DNA of 64,000 nt from Nitrosopumilaceae archaeon (GCA_965207375.1 OZ242274.1:480001-544000); one strand, 5' to 3'. Positions 39,218 through 48,973 are shown, counted from the first letter of the stretch. The notes: generated by a model not told the origin, from the letters alone. Translations and numbers: made by a program.

Positions 39218-39403
39218 TGCTTTGGTAGCATCAGTGCCAAATGTTTGCAAGTGTAAAAATCACATTAAATATTGGCCAGTAACACAATACACCCAATTAC
39301 AATATATTTTGTAACAAAGTTGCGTGCATAAAAAATACCGAATCTATGATTTTTACATTAGATTCGAGCACGGCACTTTGTAAAATCGATCAGTTATCAT
39401 TTT

Positions 39404-39694
39404 TTATCTCTTCACCTGTACAGATCTAATCTCTATTTCTTCTAGTGCGTTGTGTTGCATGAGAGCAAGTATTTTCTTTGCCCTGTTTCTTACATCTTTT
39501 ACTGCATATGATGATTTGATAATTCTTTCAAGTACATTCATTTCCTCAATAAAGAGTTGGCTCTGAACCAACAGGCTAGTTTGGAATTTAATGTTACTTT
39601 CGTAAAAACGATCCAATTCTTCATCGGTAGGCTCATATTTTGTGTCAGTCATCATAAACCAAATGACACAATATGATTTATAGGCATTATGCAC
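39404..39694 (-). CDS. Orphan hypothetical protein (real start probably at MMTDTK)
   Basis: Open frame with helical composition in an AT-rich accessory patch; no motif recognised. Confidence 0.45.
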   Translation of the reverse strand: MHNAYKSYCVIWFMMTDTKYEPTDEELDRFYESNIKFQTSLLVQSQLFIEEMNVLERIIKSSYAVKDVRNRAKKILALMQHNALEEIEIRSVQVKR

Positions 39695-39870
39695 GATTGA
39701 TCAATTTAAAATCAAATCAAAATTTATTCAATTAAATTATATATCTAAAATTTCATCATGACAAGTCCATCTATGAGTCATTCCACAGAACTATTCAATC
39801 ATCCCGTGACTCTAGAAATTTTCCCTAAAAATTTTTTAAAATTTCAAGATCATGTTTTTATTTGATCGTC

Positions 39871-39979
39871 TAATATGTACAGTGAGAGGCTAGAACTGGA
39901 AATAACCAATACCTGTCTGTGCTTCGAGCACTTTAGTAGAGGGAACCCGGGTCTCCAACGCTTGATGCCTCTCATATTA
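39871..39979. ncRNA. Candidate multi-stem structured element
   Basis: Closing stem tgagaggc (39883-39890) / gcctctca (39967-39974) enclosing hairpins gtgct-tcg-agcac and ggaac-ccgg-gtctcc; GC-rich in AT-rich context. Confidence 0.4.
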
Positions 39980-40012
39980 ATTGAATTAATTGGCTTGTTC
40001 ATATAATAAAGT

Positions 40013-40093
40013 GTATTTGTTCACGTAATAGTTAATTTGTGTCTAAATGAATGATGAGATTCTCGAAAAATTAGGTATGAGGTGAACAAGTAC
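40013..40093. mobile_element. MITE family B, copy 2 (81 bp, degenerate)
   Basis: gtatttgttcacgtaata...gaaaaattaggtatgaggtgaacaagtac aligns with the reverse complement of 4241-4335 (27/29 identical at one end). Confidence 0.8.
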
Positions 40094-40214
40094 TAGATTT
40101 GTAATTTCAATCTACAGTTGTTTTTTTCGTGTAAAAAATCACAATAAAGACCATTTATGTAGAATTTATGGTAAATATGATTTAAAATGTCTACGTGGAT
40201 TTGTACACTAAAAT

Positions 40215-40619
40215 TCATGTCTGAAGCAACCACTCTATAATTCTGTCAGTCTGTGCAGATTGTATTGATATCTTTATGGGGCCTAGGGGGGATTCGTCAT
40301 CACGTTCGCACAAAGCAATGACGCCTGCAAATGCTGCCTGTTTGTTTAGATAAAACCAAAGCGAGTTATCATACATGTTTTTCCTAAATTGTCTACTAAA
40401 AGATCTTTGAGATTGCTTGTTTTGTATGTCTTGATATATTTTTTCCAAGCAATGAAGATTGTTTGAGCTTGCATGTAATGAATGGTTTTTTTGTTCAAGG
40501 TTTAATTCCGGAAAGATGTTTCCAAGAGCTTGTTTGATTTTGGTTTCATCCTCAGAAGGATAAATTGCACAACCTATAGAAACTTTGCAGGCAATGTTTG
40601 GTAGATTCATTGAATCCAA
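40215..40619 (-). CDS. UPF0201/DUF54 putative RNA-binding protein
   Basis: IYPSED..K...AL.NIF, LNKQAAF.G, ESPLGPI. Confidence 0.85.
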   Translation of the reverse strand: MDSMNLPNIACKVSIGCAIYPSEDETKIKQALGNIFPELNLEQKNHSLHASSNNLHCLEKIYQDIQNKQSQRSFSRQFRKNMYDNSLWFYLNKQAAFAGVIALCERDDESPLGPIKISIQSAQTDRIIEWLLQT

Positions 40620-41158
40620 CCTTGAATTATTTCAAAAGCCCTATTGACTAGTTGTTGTTTGGTAAGGCTATTGTTTGATATGGATTCGTCTGCTAATGCT
40701 ATAGAGGTCGATATGCCAACTTTGATCTCTCGAGTATCTCGTTGTTGGAAATTATCTTTTGATTTTGGATCATCGGAGCGACCCCGTTTTGAGAGAAAAT
40801 CAAATCGAGTATCGGTGGATGCATGAACAGATAGTAATTTGACAATTCCAATGGTTCTTAACACCTCAATTTCTGCATTGGAGCGAATGCCGTCAATTAA
40901 GAATACCTTTGAAGTAGATTGTAGGATTTCAGATTTGATCAATTCTGCAACTGCTCCTTGGCCATTTTTTTCACGCAGTTCTAGCATTAATTTTCCTAGG
41001 TTTTGTCCGTTTGGTTCGAGATTTCTTTTGGCAGCTTCTCTTCTGATTGCATCACCCATGTTAATAATGTGATATTTCTTGGGTTTGAGGCCCTCTGCAA
41101 TTGTGGATTTACCTGCGCCTGGCATTCCTGTAAGACAAACAATTAGCTTTGACATCAA
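40607..41158 (-). CDS. P-loop nucleoside kinase (dephospho-CoA kinase-like, UPF0200)
   Basis: GMPGAGKS, MGD.IR, IDGIRS, RGRSDD. Confidence 0.85.
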   Translation of the reverse strand: MMSKLIVCLTGMPGAGKSTIAEGLKPKKYHIINMGDAIRREAAKRNLEPNGQNLGKLMLELREKNGQGAVAELIKSEILQSTSKVFLIDGIRSNAEIEVLRTIGIVKLLSVHASTDTRFDFLSKRGRSDDPKSKDNFQQRDTREIKVGISTSIALADESISNNSLTKQQLVNRAFEIIQGWIQ

Positions 41159-41229
41159 TGGATAGGATGGTGCTCAGCTCTATGAAGTTTACCGCAAATT
41201 ATTATAAAGATACCATGAAAAACGTGATA

Positions 41230-41769
41230 ATGCGAATTTTTGTTGCAGTAGAGATTTCTGATGAAGAGATTTTACACTCTATTAAGAAATTACAAGATAG
41301 GTTGCAGATTCAAGCAAAGGCAGTGGAATTGAAAAATATGCACTTTACGCTACAGTTCATAGGAGAGGTTGATGCCGGAGACTGCGAAAAAATAAAAAAA
41401 GAATTGAAGAAGGTTGTTTTTACAGCATTTGAGGTAAAAATACAAGGAGTAGGTGCGTTTCCTAAACCAAGATCTCCTAGAGTAATATGGGTAGGAACAA
41501 ACCAGTCGGGCGCAGACATGCTAAAAGAATTGACAAAAAAGATTGCAGGCGTACTAGCACCATTAGGATTCAAGCAGGACAAGGCGTTTATGCCTCATTT
41601 GACAATCTTTAGAATTAAAAGCAGGATCAGGGACATGACAGCGGAATTGAATGTATACAAGGAACAACGGTTTGGCAAAATGACTGTATCTGAGATTAAA
41701 CTAAAACACAGTAAATTAACTCCTACAGGACCTGTCTATTCAGATTTGGGGGCATATGGTGCAAATTGA
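41230..41769 (+). CDS. thpR: RNA 2',3'-cyclic phosphodiesterase (2H family)
   Basis: MRIFVAV start; two HxT motifs (HFTL, HLTI); PRVIW. Confidence 0.93.
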   Translation: MRIFVAVEISDEEILHSIKKLQDRLQIQAKAVELKNMHFTLQFIGEVDAGDCEKIKKELKKVVFTAFEVKIQGVGAFPKPRSPRVIWVGTNQSGADMLKELTKKIAGVLAPLGFKQDKAFMPHLTIFRIKSRIRDMTAELNVYKEQRFGKMTVSEIKLKHSKLTPTGPVYSDLGAYGAN

Positions 41770-43100
41770 TGAAAGTTGTTGAAAAAATAGGCAGGCAAGT
41801 TGTTCCATCAAAAAAAATGCAGACAGAACAGAAAAAAATTGCAGATTTGGTGATATTATCGGTAAAAGAGCAGGCTGCCAAATACGACAGTGTTGTAGAT
41901 GTTGAAATTGGAGGCTCTTATGCAAAGGGAACCTGGCTTGCAGGGGCAGACATTGATGTTTTTATAAAATTCAAAGATACCGTATCTGAGCAAAAATTTA
42001 GGGGATTAGGAGAGAAGATAGGATTTGATGCATTAAAAAAATACAGGCCATATGTGAGATATTCTGAACATCCATATGTAGAGGCATCGATACAAAAGAC
42101 AACGGTAAATGTTGTTCCATGTTACAATGTGAAAAAAGGCATGTGGAAGAGTTCTGCTGACCGTTCTCAATTTCATACAAAATTCATGTTAAAATCACTA
42201 GATGTAAAAAAACAAGACGAGGTAAGGATCTTAAAACAGTTCTTAAAATCAAATAAAATTTACGGCGCCGAAATTTCTAGACAGGGATTTAGTGGGTATG
42301 TTTCTGAAGTTTTAATTTGGAATCTGGAAAGTTTTGCAAAGGTTATAGAAAAATTTGCGACGATTCAGAAAGGATCCGTCATAGGCAAGGTTACTAAAAC
42401 ATTTGATACAACAATAATCATAGCTGATCCAGTAGATGGAAAACGGAATTTGGCTGCAGCCATCTCAGATGAGAACGTTACGAAAATGATACTAGCATCA
42501 AGGGCTTTTTTGAGAAAGCCCTCACCAGAATTCTTTAAAACTAGCAAATCTAAATTGTCAGAAAAGGCCCTAAAACAGGTCATTGTAATAGAATTCAAGT
42601 ACGCCAAACGAAGTCCAGATATCATTTGGGGTCAAATCAAAAAGGCATCTGTCTCGTTGAGAACACAATTAAATGTGTCAGGATTCAATGTGGTACGAAA
42701 TTCAGCAGCATCTGACGGCAAAAATCTCGCAATACTGGCGTTTTTGTTTGAATCACATACAATTCCACAAAAGCAGATCAAGAAAGGCCCTGAAATTTTC
42801 AAAGAAAAGGCAGTAGCAGACTTTATTAATAAAAATTTGAAGTGTTCAGATTTTATGTGGATAGACAAGACGCAAAGGGTGATTTCGATGGAATCAAGGA
42901 GGTTTGCAAGTGCTGAAAAATTCCTAGAAGAGCTGCTCACATGTGGATTGAGTCGCTCCGGAATACCAAAAGGACTCAGAAATGATGTAAAAAATGGATT
43001 TACAATATCGTCTGGGGGCAAAAAATTACGAAGATCAATTAAAGAAGAGTTGTTGGAAATTATATCAATTGATGAAAAAATCTTTTCTGCCTACAAGTGA
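41766..43100 (+). CDS. cca: Archaeal CCA-adding enzyme
   Basis: GSYAKGTWL..ADIDVF, YSEHPY, SSADRS.FH, GFSGY. Confidence 0.95.
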   Translation: MMKVVEKIGRQVVPSKKMQTEQKKIADLVILSVKEQAAKYDSVVDVEIGGSYAKGTWLAGADIDVFIKFKDTVSEQKFRGLGEKIGFDALKKYRPYVRYSEHPYVEASIQKTTVNVVPCYNVKKGMWKSSADRSQFHTKFMLKSLDVKKQDEVRILKQFLKSNKIYGAEISRQGFSGYVSEVLIWNLESFAKVIEKFATIQKGSVIGKVTKTFDTTIIIADPVDGKRNLAAAISDENVTKMILASRAFLRKPSPEFFKTSKSKLSEKALKQVIVIEFKYAKRSPDIIWGQIKKASVSLRTQLNVSGFNVVRNSAASDGKNLAILAFLFESHTIPQKQIKKGPEIFKEKAVADFINKNLKCSDFMWIDKTQRVISMESRRFASAEKFLEELLTCGLSRSGIPKGLRNDVKNGFTISSGGKKLRRSIKEELLEIISIDEKIFSAYK

Positions 43101-43824
43101 GTTTGTTAGAGAGCCATACTGTAACATTCTTGGATATCCAAGATTTACAAAAAGGCAGATAAAATCAAGGATTAAAGAGTTAGAGTCGTTAGGAGTTGTA
43201 AAGGTTGCCTTTTGGGGACAGGTCAAGGTCGGTAGTTTAGATGTTTTGGGAAAGGGATATGTTGGTATCGTGGTGTTGGGCAGGTACAAAAACAAAACGG
43301 TTGCAATAAAAATAAGAAGAACTGATTCGCAGCGATCCGAACTCAAATCAGAGGCAAAATTATTACAACTAGTAAATAAAATCAAAGTGGGTCCAAAGTT
43401 TGTTGCAGCAAACAAAAATTTTCTTGTAATGGAATATTTGAATGGTCAAAGAATTGGACACTGGGTTAAAGAAAAGAGATCCATCAAAGAGCTAAAGAAG
43501 GTGTTGAGAAAAATTTTGGGGGATTGCCGTAAATTAGATGCTGCAGGAATTGACCATGGAGAGCTAAGTAACATCTCAAAGCACGTCATCATAGGAAAAA
43601 AAATTACAATGATTGATTATGAAAGCTCTAGTACAAAACGAAGGACCTCTAATGTTACATCTGCAGCTCAGAGTATATTCATAGGATCTGGCATTGCAAA
43701 AAAAATATCAAACTCATACAGAGTCAATACAAAACAAAATATAATTTCTGGTCTGAGAAAATACAAAAAAGATAGAACAGATAAAAGTTTTGAGGATTTG
43801 TTAAAGGTTTTGAAATTATGGTGA
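43072..43824 (+). CDS. RIO-like Ser/Thr protein kinase
   Basis: LGKGYVGIV, VAIKIRR, DHGELS, IDYE. Confidence 0.85.
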   Translation: MKKSFLPTSEFVREPYCNILGYPRFTKRQIKSRIKELESLGVVKVAFWGQVKVGSLDVLGKGYVGIVVLGRYKNKTVAIKIRRTDSQRSELKSEAKLLQLVNKIKVGPKFVAANKNFLVMEYLNGQRIGHWVKEKRSIKELKKVLRKILGDCRKLDAAGIDHGELSNISKHVIIGKKITMIDYESSSTKRRTSNVTSAAQSIFIGSGIAKKISNSYRVNTKQNIISGLRKYKKDRTDKSFEDLLKVLKLW

Positions 43825-43901
43825 TTTTGTGTACAGATTTACACTAGGCAAAAAAAGAGTAAAATCTAGACGTTAACTGCTTTTTTAAACGGCTTGATCT
43901 C

Positions 43902-44369
43902 TTAGTGCTGGCTTGTGGTTTTTTGCACCCGGTGTGAGTGTGGGAGGTCAAGTCTATTGATCAATGCCCATACCGAACTTACATTGTAATCTGTCTTGAA
44001 TATTTTTTTGATGTGTCTTTGTATTATGGGTGATGTCCACAAATTAGTATCATAACCACATTTTTGTGGTCCTTTTTTCAAATCACGTATTAGCTTGTTT
44101 ATCTGCTTCTTGTCCAGCTTACACTGTGCACCAGGTTGCTTCTTATCGTATCTAGCATCAATGCCTTCCTTGTTGATTCTGTCTATCCAATTTTGAACCG
44201 TGGTGTACGGTATCTTTATGGAATTTGAAATTTCCCACAATGTTTTGCCCTCCTTTTTTAACATGTATGCAGTAATTCTCTGTACAACCTTTGGATTTTT
44301 TTCTTCTTTTTTGAGTTTGTACAATTTCTTCATGTTTGTATCTGGTAGGAATTTATCCATTGTAACCAT
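43902..44369 (-). mobile_element. IS630-family transposase, N-terminal HTH fragment without DDE domain
   Basis: TVQNWIDR...G, PG...KL, GP..CGY...LWT...I...I...F..DY..SSV..L pattern; no catalytic ORF follows. Confidence 0.85.
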
Positions 44370-44448
44370 CTTGGAACAAGATCGACATATAGATCTTTTA
44401 GTTGACTTTAATTGACAAATTTGCTATCGATTATTAGTTAGATCTGCT

Positions 44449-44541
44449 ATAGCCGCATTTTTGTGGTCCTTTTTTCAAATCTTGTACAAGTCGGTTTATC
44501 TGCTTCTTGTCCAGCTTACACTGTGCACCAGGTTGCTTTTT
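44449..44541 (-). pseudogene. Diverged ~93-bp internal fragment of the same IS630 transposase
   Basis: Direct repeat of about 44052-44144; encodes KQPGAQCKLDKKQINRLVQDLKKGPQKCGY. Confidence 0.85.
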
Positions 44542-44638
44542 ATTGTTTGATTTGTGCTGTAGCAACTAATTATACAGTAAGATGTGACAAGGTACAGAAC
44601 AGACATTTGTCAAGGTGTGTTCATCATAGTTTCAGAAA

Positions 44639-45172
44639 CTAAAATCCTAGTATTTCAAAGCCTGGTTCTTGGGCCATCTCTATTAGATAAAATTCCAAAT
44701 ATCCCCCTGCTAACAACAAACCAATCACTATGCCGATTTCTATTGCAGTTATCTTCAGATGTGATACAATTGGAAGTTTTTTGAGAATTGTTCTGATCAG
44801 AATGTAGCTTCGTGAAGTTGCCAAAGAATATGCAGTTAGTTCCATAATTCCAAACGGAGTCAGGTACAATATTGCAAGTGCGGGAATATTTTGAAGTTCA
44901 GGGTTGAGGGTGGTAATTGCAGAAAACGCCATTCCCGTAGAAAATGCAGAAAATAGACCCCATGCTGCCCCAAATCCTGGAATAAACATTGGAATAGCAA
45001 GCATGGTATTATGAGAGAATATGCCAAAGCCGTCAATGTCGTCGATTAGACTTTTAAATTCTTCCATGAAGAGTTCTGCATCCTCTTTGGATACCTCGAT
45101 GAGGGCACCTATTGAATATGCAAGAGAGAATATGCCCATAAAGACAAAAAACAATACCAGTCTGATTTTCAT
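44639..45172 (-). CDS. SpoIIM-like (DUF95) membrane protein
   Basis: IFSHN, PFGIMEL.AY, GGYLE; multi-TM. Confidence 0.8.
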   Translation of the reverse strand: MKIRLVLFFVFMGIFSLAYSIGALIEVSKEDAELFMEEFKSLIDDIDGFGIFSHNTMLAIPMFIPGFGAAWGLFSAFSTGMAFSAITTLNPELQNIPALAILYLTPFGIMELTAYSLATSRSYILIRTILKKLPIVSHLKITAIEIGIVIGLLLAGGYLEFYLIEMAQEPGFEILGF

Positions 45173-45205
45173 GTTTATCACATGTATGAAAGGGTCGTTT
45201 AAATT

Positions 45206-45302
45206 CAGCTAAGCGAACCGCGGATAAAATAGGCCAAAATCTACCCCAAAATGGAGAACACCAGGGGTAGGTTAAGAATTTGAGTCACATTTCGCTTTGC
45301 AG
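45206..45302. repeat. Inverted-repeat element family A, copy 2
   Basis: cagctaagcgaa...aataggccaaaatctaccc...aagaatttgagtcacatttcgctt matches the reverse complement of 2866-2967; flanked by aaatt on both sides. Confidence 0.8.
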
Positions 45303-45340
45303 AAATTGTGAGCAGGTTTAATTAAAACGCACAATACTTT

Positions 45341-46768
45341 GTGCTATTGAATAAACAAGTCTCTTTTGCTTTAAAATATGCCCTCAACAAAGGGTTTCAG
45401 ATACATCCAGACGCCTTTGAAATACTGGAAAAATTAGACGTAGAAAAATTAGAAAAAATTATCAAGGATTTAGTAAGAGAGAAATCCAAACAACGACTAT
45501 ACCATATCAGTCAGGATGATTTAGAAGAGTTTTTAGGAATTAAAGATGACGGCAGCATACAAAATAACCATGAAATACTGCAAGATCCAACAGAAAAAAT
45601 AACGTCTGCAGAGGGCATAAATGGATACAACGCCCTGTTTGCCAGCAGATTCTCAAAACTAAAACGGATTATTTTGGACAGACCCGAATCCAAAATGCTC
45701 AAGCCAATATCAGCAGTCATGACAGCAAAATCAAAGGAGGACATCTGCATCTGCGGTTTGATCACAGAACGAAACTCTGACAATAACGTCGTAAGATTGA
45801 CTGTGGAGGATCCCAGCTCCTCAATGGAAGTTGTTGTCTTTGATGAGGGATTAAGAGAAGAGGCAGAAGGGCTACTGCTTGATCAGTTTGTGATGATCAA
45901 AATAGTTCAAAGTAAAAATGGGGGGCATATTGCAAGGGACATAATATTACCTGATGTGCCTGATAGAGTTGCAAACCATTCTGAGACAGATGCACATGCC
46001 GTATTTTTGTCAGATTTACACGTAGGTAGTAAATATTTTATGGAAAAAGAGTTTGAGGCATTTACAGAATGGCTTGATTCTCCAGATCCAATTGCCAAAA
46101 AAATCAAATTTGTGTTGATAGCAGGAGACGTAGTAGACGGGGTAGGAATTTATCCAAACCAAGACAAAGAATTGGATTTTCTCACAATAGATGAACAGTT
46201 GGTAAAACTAGACGAGATGCTATCCAAAATTCCATCACACATCAAAATCTTCATGATTACAGGAAACCATGATCCTGGGAGACGTGCATTGCCACAGCCT
46301 GCGGTTCCGGCAAAATACAACCAGAATTTATGGAATAAAGAGAATTTTCATTTGATGGGAAATCCATCCATGGTGTCCCTAAACGGAGTCAAGGTGCTTA
46401 TGTTTCACGGTCAAAGCATTGACGATATGGTAAAGACTACACCAGGATTAAGTTATGACAAGCCAGCAAAGGTAATGAGGTGTCTTATTAAGGCAAGGCA
46501 TATGAGTCCAATTTACGGCTTTCAGACACCCATTGCTCCTGAAACAGATGACATGATGATAATAGATGATGTCCCAGACGTATTTCATACGGGCCACGTT
46601 CATGTGATGGATTTTGACATGTATAAGGGAATATTATTGGTCAATTCTGGTGCATGGCAGGCACAAACGGCTTTTCAGGCCAGTGTAGGAATCACACCCA
46701 CGCCGGGTGTGGCCATTATTGTAAATTTGAAGACCTTCCAGGTTTACCATAAAGACTTTAAAAATTAG
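45341..46768 (+). CDS. polB: DNA polymerase D small (exonuclease) subunit DP1
   Basis: OB fold then calcineurin-like SDLHVGS, GDVVDG, GNHD, HG, GHVH. Confidence 0.95.
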   Translation: MLLNKQVSFALKYALNKGFQIHPDAFEILEKLDVEKLEKIIKDLVREKSKQRLYHISQDDLEEFLGIKDDGSIQNNHEILQDPTEKITSAEGINGYNALFASRFSKLKRIILDRPESKMLKPISAVMTAKSKEDICICGLITERNSDNNVVRLTVEDPSSSMEVVVFDEGLREEAEGLLLDQFVMIKIVQSKNGGHIARDIILPDVPDRVANHSETDAHAVFLSDLHVGSKYFMEKEFEAFTEWLDSPDPIAKKIKFVLIAGDVVDGVGIYPNQDKELDFLTIDEQLVKLDEMLSKIPSHIKIFMITGNHDPGRRALPQPAVPAKYNQNLWNKENFHLMGNPSMVSLNGVKVLMFHGQSIDDMVKTTPGLSYDKPAKVMRCLIKARHMSPIYGFQTPIAPETDDMMIIDDVPDVFHTGHVHVMDFDMYKGILLVNSGAWQAQTAFQASVGITPTPGVAIIVNLKTFQVYHKDFKN

Positions 46769-47976
46769 AGAATGTCTTCCAAGGACAGATCGTCTTTGAG
46801 TGTATCTTTTACCATTTCTGACGAAATTGTAAGTTTGTATTTTTTGGTCCTGCCGTGAATGCCTTGGTGAATTAGTCGTCCAGTGATAATTCCAGACAGC
46901 TCAATTTCGCTTAATATCTGGGTAACTCGCCTCTGTGTAAGTTCCTTTTGTCTAATTAGTTTGCATAGTGATTTGTAGGCTGAATAAATTTCTCCGGTTG
47001 AAGAGCCTGCTGCCCTCATAACTGCAATAATGAGTATTTTTTCATGAAGTGGGTATGATTTTAGAGCTGCAGTCTCTTTGTTTTCCTCTATTTTTTTAGC
47101 AGCCTCCCTTATGTGCGTCTCATTGATTGTTTCAGATTGTTGTCTTTCGGCCATCTCTGCTGCTACTCTAAGAAGATCTATTGCCCGTCTAGCATCGCCG
47201 TGTTCGCCTCCGGCCAAGGCAGCACAAAGATTCAAAGCCGAATCCTGCACCACCTGTTTTTCAAATGCATTTTGAATTCTATCTTCTAATATTTTTCTGA
47301 GTTGATCAACTGAATAATTTGTAAACACAATCTCTTCTTCTCCTAGACTGCTAATAACGCGTGGATCTAGGCGGTCTTTGAAGGTTAAATCGTTTGAAAT
47401 ACCCACAATTGTGAGTGAGCCTGCATCAAGCCGTTCGTTTGCTCTAGTTATTTGGTATAAAATGTCTTTACCCGTCTTTGATACTAGATGAGCTAGATAG
47501 TCAATCTCATCTATTACAAAAATTGCATTTGTTTTGTTTTTTATGATATTTGATAAAAGGCGTTTGAATACTTCACTAGTTGCAAGTCCTGTGGGGGGAA
47601 GATCCTTATCAGATAATCCTAATTGCCTGCCCAAGCTTACAAGCAGGCCATAAAGAGTGGTTTCCACCTTTGAATTTGTATAAACTAATCGTATTGGAAA
47701 TTCGGATTTTTCAACCCTTGTTTGAATTTTTGAGAGTACCTTTCTTACCACAAGAGTCTTACCAGTTCCAGGCTTGCCATAAACTAAAAGGTTTGACGGT
47801 CTGGATTGTTTGAGAATCGGTAATAGTGATTGAGTTACCTGTTTTTGTTCTGAATCTCTATGAAGTATATTCTCAGGGATGTAAGTAAAGTGTAAAATCT
47901 CTCTATTTTTAATTAGAGATTTACCATTCTCTGCAACATCAAGTAACTCATCAATTGGATCTGTTGTCACACTCAC
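46765..47976 (-). CDS. cdc6: Orc1/Cdc6 replication initiator
   Basis: YIP..ILHR, GKPGTGKT, IDEID, GDARRAIDLLR, C-terminal wHTH GRT. Confidence 0.96.
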   Translation of the reverse strand: MSVTTDPIDELLDVAENGKSLIKNREILHFTYIPENILHRDSEQKQVTQSLLPILKQSRPSNLLVYGKPGTGKTLVVRKVLSKIQTRVEKSEFPIRLVYTNSKVETTLYGLLVSLGRQLGLSDKDLPPTGLATSEVFKRLLSNIIKNKTNAIFVIDEIDYLAHLVSKTGKDILYQITRANERLDAGSLTIVGISNDLTFKDRLDPRVISSLGEEEIVFTNYSVDQLRKILEDRIQNAFEKQVVQDSALNLCAALAGGEHGDARRAIDLLRVAAEMAERQQSETINETHIREAAKKIEENKETAALKSYPLHEKILIIAVMRAAGSSTGEIYSAYKSLCKLIRQKELTQRRVTQILSEIELSGIITGRLIHQGIHGRTKKYKLTISSEMVKDTLKDDLSLEDIL

Positions 47977-48430
47977 ACACCTTCATTTCCACTAGTCATC
48001 ATAATCATATCTCTAGTAAGATTATAGAATCAAATAGTAGTTTGAATTTAGTATGTAATTAATTATTTTTAATATATTTTCAAAAAAAAAATTGAAAGAA
48101 AGTAGAGTGGAAATACTGGTGTGTGGGTCTTGATGAAGTTAACAAAAAGTTAATGAAATGTTAAGAATTTAATAAAAAAACCCATTTTGACCCCTTTATT
48201 TCCACTCCAGGCGTTAAGAAGGGTCTTAACATTGTTAATATGCTGTTTTGACCCCTTTATTTCCACTCCAGGCGTGAAATTACCTTATTTTAGGTTAAAT
48301 TTTACTATGAATTTGTTAATAATAGAAAACCCATCAGGCGTGAGCCAGGCAGTCAACATTAACAAACCACTTTATTAACAAAATTTCGCGGATCCATTCA
48401 TGAGTTAATAATAGATCCTAATTGATCACG
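47977..48430. other. Probable chromosomal replication origin (oriC) with ORB elements
   Basis: Perfect 30-bp repeat ttttgacccctttatttccactccaggcgt at 48185-48214 and 48246-48275 (reverse complement has the ORB core GTGGAAATAAAGGGG); further ORBs at ~47977-47995 and ~48104-48123 (inverted) flank an AT-rich tract. Confidence 0.9.
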
Positions 48431-48431
48431 T

Positions 48432-48815
48432 ATGGCAAAAAAGAGAATACGCATAGATATGGAGGACTCAGACGGCGCCAAATATGACATTAAATTAGAA
48501 GGTAATGTTACAAGGGAGAAAATTCTCAAAATATTTGAGATGATGGATTTGATGAATATTGAGGAGGAACCCCAGATGCAACATTTGGACTCTGTTGGAG
48601 GCAAAATTTGGAATTTAATAGACAAGCACTATCCTATGGGAAAATTCACTTCTACTGATCTGTTAGAAAAATATGAGGATGAATATAATGAACCAATAAA
48701 ACTTAGTATAATTTCGACATATCTCTCTAGATTTACTAGTAAAGGTAGGGTAAATCGTGCCAAATCAGGCCGAGAATGGAGTTATCAAACAGTAAAAATA
48801 ACCCAAAAACATTAG
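48432..48815 (+). CDS. Origin-adjacent protein with probable C-terminal winged helix
   Basis: FTS.DL.E.Y......IKLS.ISTYLSR...G.V.R...GREW.Y pattern. Confidence 0.75.
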   Translation: MAKKRIRIDMEDSDGAKYDIKLEGNVTREKILKIFEMMDLMNIEEEPQMQHLDSVGGKIWNLIDKHYPMGKFTSTDLLEKYEDEYNEPIKLSIISTYLSRFTSKGRVNRAKSGREWSYQTVKITQKH

Positions 48816-48973
48816 GTTATCATTACTTTTCTAACAACCAACCCATCTTTTCCCATGATGACTTTGACATAATCTCCTTTTTGCATGTCCATATATTTAC
48901 GAAACTGCTTTGGTAGTGATATGGTACCTGCGGACGAAATTTTTACGAGTATTTCATTCTCATCTGCAGACAT
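48812..48973 (-). CDS. AbrB/MazE/SpoVT-family DNA-binding protein (53 aa)
   Basis: VKISSAGTISLPKQFRKYMDMQKGDYV; ATG at 48973 (the upstream extension is low-complexity AT). Confidence 0.85.
   Translation of the reverse strand: MSADENEILVKISSAGTISLPKQFRKYMDMQKGDYVKVIMGKDGLVVRKVMIT

Noticed and set aside
48185-48275. 30-bp direct repeat with 31-bp spacer resembling a minimal CRISPR array
   Set aside because: Only two units, they contain the ORB consensus, they lie beside cdc6, and there are no cas genes in the window.
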